A DNA stretch of 41,852 nt from an uncultured Muribaculaceae bacterium (GTDB taxonomy: Bacteria; Bacteroidota; Bacteroidia; Bacteroidales; UBA932): positions 1 through 41,852 of the forward strand of contig CAYWPV010000001.1 in NCBI GenBank assembly GCA_964460265.1, written 5' to 3'. The notes beneath the pieces were generated by a model. It searched no databases. It saw only the letters and a program-made list of their open reading frames with translations, and was not told the DNA's origin. Within the stretch, counting starts at the first letter, position 1; every line of letters starts with the position of its first letter. Shown one piece after another: positions 36,940 through 41,852 of the stretch. The translations under genes were made by a program, and so were the position numbers.

Positions 36940-38601
36940 CTACGCCAATGCTGTCAGCACCAGAAGCTGAGCCGCAAGAACCCTCAGGAACATGGACAGA
37001 GGATAAACGGTAGCATAGTTGATGGAGGTGTATTCCGTGCCGTAGGCGTTCTGTGCGAATGCCAGAACGGCCGGATCGGTCGTACCTCCGGAAAGCAGAC
37101 CGCAGATCTGGTAGAAGTTCAGCTTGCAGACATATCTGGCTATAAGTCCCGTGAGAAGAATCGGCACCAAGGTTATTATGGCTCCGTAAAGAATCCACCA
37201 CCATCCTCCGCCGAGCAGGGATGACACGAAGGTTCTTCCGGCTCCAAGACCTACCGCAGCCAGGAAGAAAGAGATCCCAATCTCCCTTATCATCATGTTA
37301 GCGCTCATGGTCGTATAGGTAGTGACGCCGCATCTCGGGCCGAAACATCCTATGAGGATGGCCACTATGAGCGGACCTCCGGCCAGACCGAGCTTGATCG
37401 GCTGTGGCAGTCCGGGAATAGGGATAGGGAGACAGCCGAGAATGACTCCGAGCACTATGCCCGCAAAAATAGGTATCATGTTGGGTTTATTCAACGCCGA
37501 GGTCGTGTTTCCCACGGTTCTCGCGACTTCGGTTATGCCCTTTTCAGGGCCGACGACAAGGATGGAATCTCCCATCTGGAGAGCAAGTTCACCCGTGGCC
37601 ACGAGTTCGATGCCGGCTCTGTAGACCCTTGTTACGGAGACACCGTACAGATATCTGAAATTCAAGGTCTTTATCTTTTTCCCAGTCATCTTGGAGTTGG
37701 TAACCGCCAGTCTTCTTGCCACAAGGTTGACCTGACCTTCCGTCCAGTCTTCAAAATGCATCTGAGCCTCGCTGCCGAAAACGACCCGGACCTTGTCCAC
37801 GTTTTTCTGGTTCGTCACCACGAGAATCCTGTCACCTTCTTTGAAAACGGTGTCCTTGGTCGGCGCAAATTCGTCATTGCCCCTCAACAGACGGGAAATA
37901 ACAGCTTCGTTCATCAGATCGCAGCGAACGACTTCCTTGAGAGTCTTTCCGAATATGGCCGGGTTGGAAACGGTGCAGTACATGCGCATGGCCGTGTCCT
38001 CGGAATCTCCGTTCTGCGCATCGAGCTGCTCCTTCTCTTTCTTCAGGTCGATTCTGAATCCGGTCTTGAAGAGCATCATCAGCACGAGCACGCCGAGCAC
38101 GCCTATGGGATAAGCTACGGCATAAGCTGAGGCAAGCGAGGATGACACCTCCGCACCCGTTCCCTGGCCCATATTGTCTATCACGGTCTGCTGAGCCGCT
38201 CCGAGTCCCGGAGTGTTTGTCACGGCTCCGGACATGACGCCCACCATGGTCAGCAGGCTTTCGCCTGTTATGACATGTATCAGATATGCCGCGAGAACCG
38301 CCATCAGGATAAGACCGGTAGCAAGCAGATTGAGTTTTACGCCGCCGCTGCGGAATGACTGGAAAAAACCGGGACCGACCTGCAATCCGATCGAGAACAC
38401 AAAAAGGATGAGACCGAAGTCCTTCATGAATGAAAGTACGGCAGCATCGGGGACAAAACCGAAGTGTCCCATAACGATTCCTACAAAAAGAATCCAGGTA
38501 GAGCCTATCGTAATGCCCTTGATGCTGAACTTGCCAATCCAGAGCCCCACGGCGATGGTTATGGCGAACAAAAGGATAGAATACGCTGTTCCGCTTATCA
38601 T
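36940..38601 (-). CDS. YidE/YbjL (AspT-like) transporter with two RCK_C domains
   Basis: GLILFVFSIGLQVGPGFF, SGAVTNTPGLGAAQ, central TrkA-C repeats, GLAGGPLIV, YATVYP. Confidence 0.9.
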   Translation of the reverse strand: MISGTAYSILLFAITIAVGLWIGKFSIKGITIGSTWILFVGIVMGHFGFVPDAAVLSFMKDFGLILFVFSIGLQVGPGFFQSFRSGGVKLNLLATGLILMAVLAAYLIHVITGESLLTMVGVMSGAVTNTPGLGAAQQTVIDNMGQGTGAEVSSSLASAYAVAYPIGVLGVLVLMMLFKTGFRIDLKKEKEQLDAQNGDSEDTAMRMYCTVSNPAIFGKTLKEVVRCDLMNEAVISRLLRGNDEFAPTKDTVFKEGDRILVVTNQKNVDKVRVVFGSEAQMHFEDWTEGQVNLVARRLAVTNSKMTGKKIKTLNFRYLYGVSVTRVYRAGIELVATGELALQMGDSILVVGPEKGITEVARTVGNTTSALNKPNMIPIFAGIVLGVILGCLPIPIPGLPQPIKLGLAGGPLIVAILIGCFGPRCGVTTYTTMSANMMIREIGISFFLAAVGLGAGRTFVSSLLGGGWWWILYGAIITLVPILLTGLIARYVCKLNFYQICGLLSGGTTDPAVLAFAQNAYGTEYTSINYATVYPLSMFLRVLAAQLLVLTALA

Positions 38602-38627
38602 AGCAAAAGCATTAAATAAAATCGCGC

Positions 38628-38635
38628 CAAAGATA
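38628..38635 (-). promoter_or_regulatory. Sigma-A -7 element (TATCTTTG) for the YidE-like gene
   Basis: Matches TAnnTTTG 27 nt upstream of the ATG. Confidence 0.65.
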
Positions 38636-38708
38636 AGCCTATTTTCCGTGGTTTCCTAAAAAAGACCGGGAACAGGACGGATTCCATGAAAGACGGAGCA
38701 GGGATAGT

Positions 38709-39161
38709 CTACCGGTCTTCCTCAGAGGAGCTGTCTTTCTTGTCCTTTTTACCCACCAGCGACACGGACCACAGAATGGCTATGACGGCAAGCGTCACGA
38801 GAGCCGCCGTCTTTATCATGCCGACTCCTACCGCCATGCCTATGACTGCAGTGGCGAAAATGCTCGCGGCAGTCGTGATGCCTGTAACTCCGCTGCCCGT
38901 CTTCAGTATAAGTCCGGCTCCGATAAAGCCTATGCCGGTAAGAATCTGGGCGGCGATTCTGCCCGGATCTCCGTTCAGCAGATTGGTGTTGGTCTGACAG
39001 ATATAGATGGAAACGAGGGTGGCAAGGGTGGAGCCTATGCAGATGAGCATGTAGGTCCTCGCACCGACGGGATGTTTGTGGAATGCGCGTTCAGCTCCTA
39101 TCGCAAAGCCCAGCACAAGGCCTATGCCGAGTCTTATCAGTGCAGTCGTTTCGGTCAACAT
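38709..39161 (-). CDS. MgtC/SapB family protein (short form, membrane domain only)
   Basis: IGAER...GARTY, DPGRIAAQILTGIGFIGAG, GITTAA; start reset to MLTETT at 39161. Confidence 0.88.
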   Translation of the reverse strand: MLTETTALIRLGIGLVLGFAIGAERAFHKHPVGARTYMLICIGSTLATLVSIYICQTNTNLLNGDPGRIAAQILTGIGFIGAGLILKTGSGVTGITTAASIFATAVIGMAVGVGMIKTAALVTLAVIAILWSVSLVGKKDKKDSSSEEDR

Positions 39162-39240
39162 GGAAACAATAAAAAAATTATGCGGGCACAAATGGCCGGC
39201 GGCAGGTTTATGAGGCATCCGGACAAACCGGACAGAAATT

Positions 39241-39272
39241 TAAAAAGAGAGACGGCAATAAACCGTCTCTCT
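39241..39272 (-). terminator. Intrinsic terminator after the CAU-anticodon tRNA
   Basis: AGAGAGACGG / CCGTCTCTCT 10-bp stem followed by TTTTA on the minus strand. Confidence 0.85.
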
Positions 39273-39274
39273 CG

Positions 39275-39348
39275 TGGTCCCAGCAGGGCATGATCCTGCG
39301 ACCCCCTGATTATGAGTCAGATGCTCTAACCAACTGAGCTATGGGACC
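39275..39348 (-). tRNA. tRNA with CAU anticodon, most likely tRNA-Ile2 (lysidine)
   Basis: GGTCCCA/TGGGACC acceptor (paired G1-C72, so not an initiator; C4-G69 and C5-G68 are TilS determinants), TCTGA-CTCATAA-TCAGG anticodon arm. Confidence 0.88.
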
Positions 39349-39413
39349 AAGGTCGGAGCCATGCTTGAACAGCAGTCAGCTGAAGGCTGGAAGACTCCGT
39401 TTCTCATTTCGTA

Positions 39414-39421
39414 CAAATATA
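39414..39421 (-). promoter_or_regulatory. Sigma-A -7 element (TATATTTG) for the tRNA, within a short inverted repeat
   Basis: TTTCGTA-CAAATA-TACGAAA just downstream of the rpsJ stop. Confidence 0.55.
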
Positions 39422-39432
39422 CGAAAAAATTG

Positions 39433-39738
39433 TCAAACTTTAATCTCCACTTCAACTCCTGAAGGAAGTTCAAGCTTCATAAGTGAATCGACTGTCTTCG
39501 CATTGGAATCGTCGATGTCCAGAAGCCTGCAGTATGAGTTGAGCTCAAACTGTTCCCTGGATTTTTTGTTGACGAAGGTTGAACGGTTCACAGTGAATAT
39601 CTTGGTGCTGGTAGGGAGCGGAATGGGGCCGCACACTTTGGCACCGGTGGAAGACACTGTGTCTGCGATCTTTTTTGCTGATTTGTCAAGCAGCATATGA
39701 TCGAATGATTTGAGTTTTATTCTTATTTTCTGACTCAT
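39433..39738 (-). CDS. rpsJ: 30S ribosomal protein S10
   Basis: [47 protein letters not shown]. Confidence 0.97.
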   Translation of the reverse strand: MSQKIRIKLKSFDHMLLDKSAKKIADTVSSTGAKVCGPIPLPTSTKIFTVNRSTFVNKKSREQFELNSYCRLLDIDDSNAKTVDSLMKLELPSGVEVEIKV

Positions 39739-39759
39739 TTCAAAATGTCTGTTTAAAAA

Positions 39760-41852
39760 TTACTCGTCATCGCTGTTGGTGTATCCGCTCTTCTCGATGA
39801 TATCCTTGGCGAGGTTGGCAGGAACTTCGGCATAATGGTCGAAGCTCATGGTGCTGGTCGCACGACCGGAAGAAAGGGTTCTCAGTATGGTAACGTAACC
39901 GAACTGCTCCGAAAGCGGAACAAAGGCCTTGATGACTCTGGCTCCGTTTGCAGTGCTGTCCATGGCGTTGATCTGACCGCGGCGACGGTTAAGGTCACCC
40001 ACGATGTCGCCCATGTACTCTTCGGGAGTGACGACTTCGAGGTCCATGATAGGTTCAAGAAGGACAGGCTTCGCTTTGGGGCAGGCATGACGGAATGCCA
40101 TACGGGCTGCCATCTCAAATGAAAGCTGGTCAGAGTCGACCGGATGGAAGCTGCCATCGAGCAGAGTGACTTTGAGTGACTGTACTTCGTAACCTGCAAG
40201 GACACCGTTGGCCATGGCGGATTCGAAACCTTTCTGCACCGAAGGGACGAACTCCTTCGGAACGTTTCCGCCCTTGACCTGGTTGTCGAACTGAAGTCCG
40301 GTGACGCCTTCGTCCGCAGGACCGATTTCCACAACGATATCTGCGAATTTGCCTCGGCCGCCGGTCTGTTTCTTGAAGACTTCGCGGTGCTGCACCGTGG
40401 CTGTAATCGCTTCCTTGTAATTGACCTGAGGAGCACCCTGGTTGATCTCTACACCGAATTCACGGCGAAGACGGTCGACGATGATGTCCAAATGAAGCTC
40501 GCCCATGCCGCTGATGACAGTCTGGCCGGTCTCATGGTCGGTCTTTACAGTAAATGTAGGATCTTCCTCGGCAAGTTTCGCAAGCGCGATGCCAAGTTTG
40601 TCAAGGTCGCCCTGGGTCTTGGGCTCAACGGCGATACCGATGACAGGATCCGGGAATTTCATGGATTCGAGAGTGATGGGATGAGCCTCGTCGCAAATGG
40701 TGTCTCCTGTACGGAGATCTTTGAATCCTACTGCCGCGCAGATGTCACCTGCCTCAACGGAATCTATAGGTTTCTGATGGTTGGCATGCATCTGGTACAG
40801 ACGGGCGATTCTCTCCTTCTTGCCGGTACGTGTGTTAAGCACATAGGAACCTGCATCCACACGGCCTGAATAAGCTCTGAAGAAAGCCAGACGGCCTACG
40901 AAAGGATCGGTGGCAATCTTGAACACAAGACCGCAGAAAGGCTCCTCGACCGTGGGACGGCGCTCCTCTTTCTCTTCGGTGTGAGGATTGACTCCTTCGA
41001 CCGCACCTTTGTCAAGCGGGGAAGGGAGATAACGCATGACCGCGTCAAGCAGGAACTGGACACCCTTGTTCTTGAATGAAGAACCGCAACATGCCGGAAC
41101 GACCTGCATGGCGATGGTCCCTTTACGAAGAGCAGAGATGATCTCGTTCTCGCTGAGAGAGTCGGGATCTTCAAAATACTTCTCCATGAGAGCCTCGTCA
41201 CACTCGGCGGCAGCCTCGACAAGTTTGTCTCTCCATCTTTCGACATCATCTTTCATGTCGGCCGGAACATCCTTGACGTCATAGTTCACGAGCTCATCGT
41301 CATTTCTGTAATAAATGGCTTTGCGTGAAATGAGGTCAACGATTCCCTGGAATTTATCTTCCGAGCCTATAGGAAGGCAGATGGGCACGGCATTGGCGCC
41401 AAGCTTGGTGTGGATTTCCTCGACACAGGCGAGAAAATCGGCGCCCACACGGTCCATCTTGTTCACATAAGCGATCTTCGGAACACCATATTTGTCAGCC
41501 TGACGCCATACGGTTTCGGACTGAGGCTGGACTCTGCCCACGGCGCAGAATGTCGCAATCGTTCCGTCAAGGACACGGAGCGAACGCTCCACCTCAACGG
41601 TGAAGTCAACGTGGCCGGGAGTGTCGATCAGGTTTATCTGATAGACTTCTCCGTTGTAATGCCAGAATGCGGTGGTCGCGGCGGAAGTGATGGTGATGCC
41701 TCTCTCCTGCTCCTGGACCATCCAGTCCATAGTGGCGGCTCCGTCATGGACTTCGCCGATTCTGTGCGTCTTTCCGGTGTAGTAAAGAATACGCTCAGAC
41801 GTGGTAGTCTTACCGGCATCGATGTGAGCCATGATGCCGATGTTCCTTGTGT
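39760..41852 (-). CDS. fusA: Elongation factor G, 5' end truncated by the window edge
   Basis: The frame continues upstream as [16 protein letters not shown]; [44 protein letters not shown]. Confidence 0.98.
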   Translation of the reverse strand, partial: TRNIGIMAHIDAGKTTTSERILYYTGKTHRIGEVHDGAATMDWMVQEQERGITITSAATTAFWHYNGEVYQINLIDTPGHVDFTVEVERSLRVLDGTIATFCAVGRVQPQSETVWRQADKYGVPKIAYVNKMDRVGADFLACVEEIHTKLGANAVPICLPIGSEDKFQGIVDLISRKAIYYRNDDELVNYDVKDVPADMKDDVERWRDKLVEAAAECDEALMEKYFEDPDSLSENEIISALRKGTIAMQVVPACCGSSFKNKGVQFLLDAVMRYLPSPLDKGAVEGVNPHTEEKEERRPTVEEPFCGLVFKIATDPFVGRLAFFRAYSGRVDAGSYVLNTRTGKKERIARLYQMHANHQKPIDSVEAGDICAAVGFKDLRTGDTICDEAHPITLESMKFPDPVIGIAVEPKTQGDLDKLGIALAKLAEEDPTFTVKTDHETGQTVISGMGELHLDIIVDRLRREFGVEINQGAPQVNYKEAITATVQHREVFKKQTGGRGKFADIVVEIGPADEGVTGLQFDNQVKGGNVPKEFVPSVQKGFESAMANGVLAGYEVQSLKVTLLDGSFHPVDSDQLSFEMAARMAFRHACPKAKPVLLEPIMDLEVVTPEEYMGDIVGDLNRRRGQINAMDSTANGARVIKAFVPLSEQFGYVTILRTLSSGRATSTMSFDHYAEVPANLAKDIIEKSGYTNSDDE

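Noticed and set aside
1-41852. CRISPR arrays, IS elements, prophage, defence systems, rRNA
   Set aside because: No repeat-spacer array, transposase, integrase, phage, nuclease or reverse-transcriptase gene, or rRNA sequence was recognised.

Overview
A prophage-, IS- and CRISPR-free chromosomal segment of a Bacteroidales-type bacterium. The assignment rests on recurring TAnnTTTG sigma-A -7 elements, near absence of Shine-Dalgarno sites, and Bacteroidota-style gene orders (holB-ricT, DUF4271-hemD-rnpA-yidD, fusA-rpsJ). It holds 37 CDSs and 2 tRNAs: ricT/holB/polyprenyl synthase/LOG/beta-barrel/trxA; a TetR-TolC-MFP-RND-PII-like efflux operon; lgt and pgk; a SAM methyltransferase; a DUF2723 GT-C protein; the yciH to yidD-anSME cluster; an ECF sigma and its probable anti-sigma pair, split by an apparent inversion; tkt-LacI; asd-thrA-metX; transporters; tRNA-Ile2; rpsJ; and a 5'-truncated fusA. 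The best novelty candidate is an intact GH42 beta-galactosidase-like ORF that appears to have lost both catalytic glutamates and its signal peptide. It abuts metX-thrA-asd and sits behind a nested inverted-repeat leader. Other leads are rpsJ uncoupled from rplC, the DUF2723 protein as a candidate protein O-mannosyltransferase, an 11-bp duplication creating a 4-codon ORF at the hemD start, and an A54/U58-swapped tRNA T-loop. All family assignments come from motif recognition by eye; no database searches were run.
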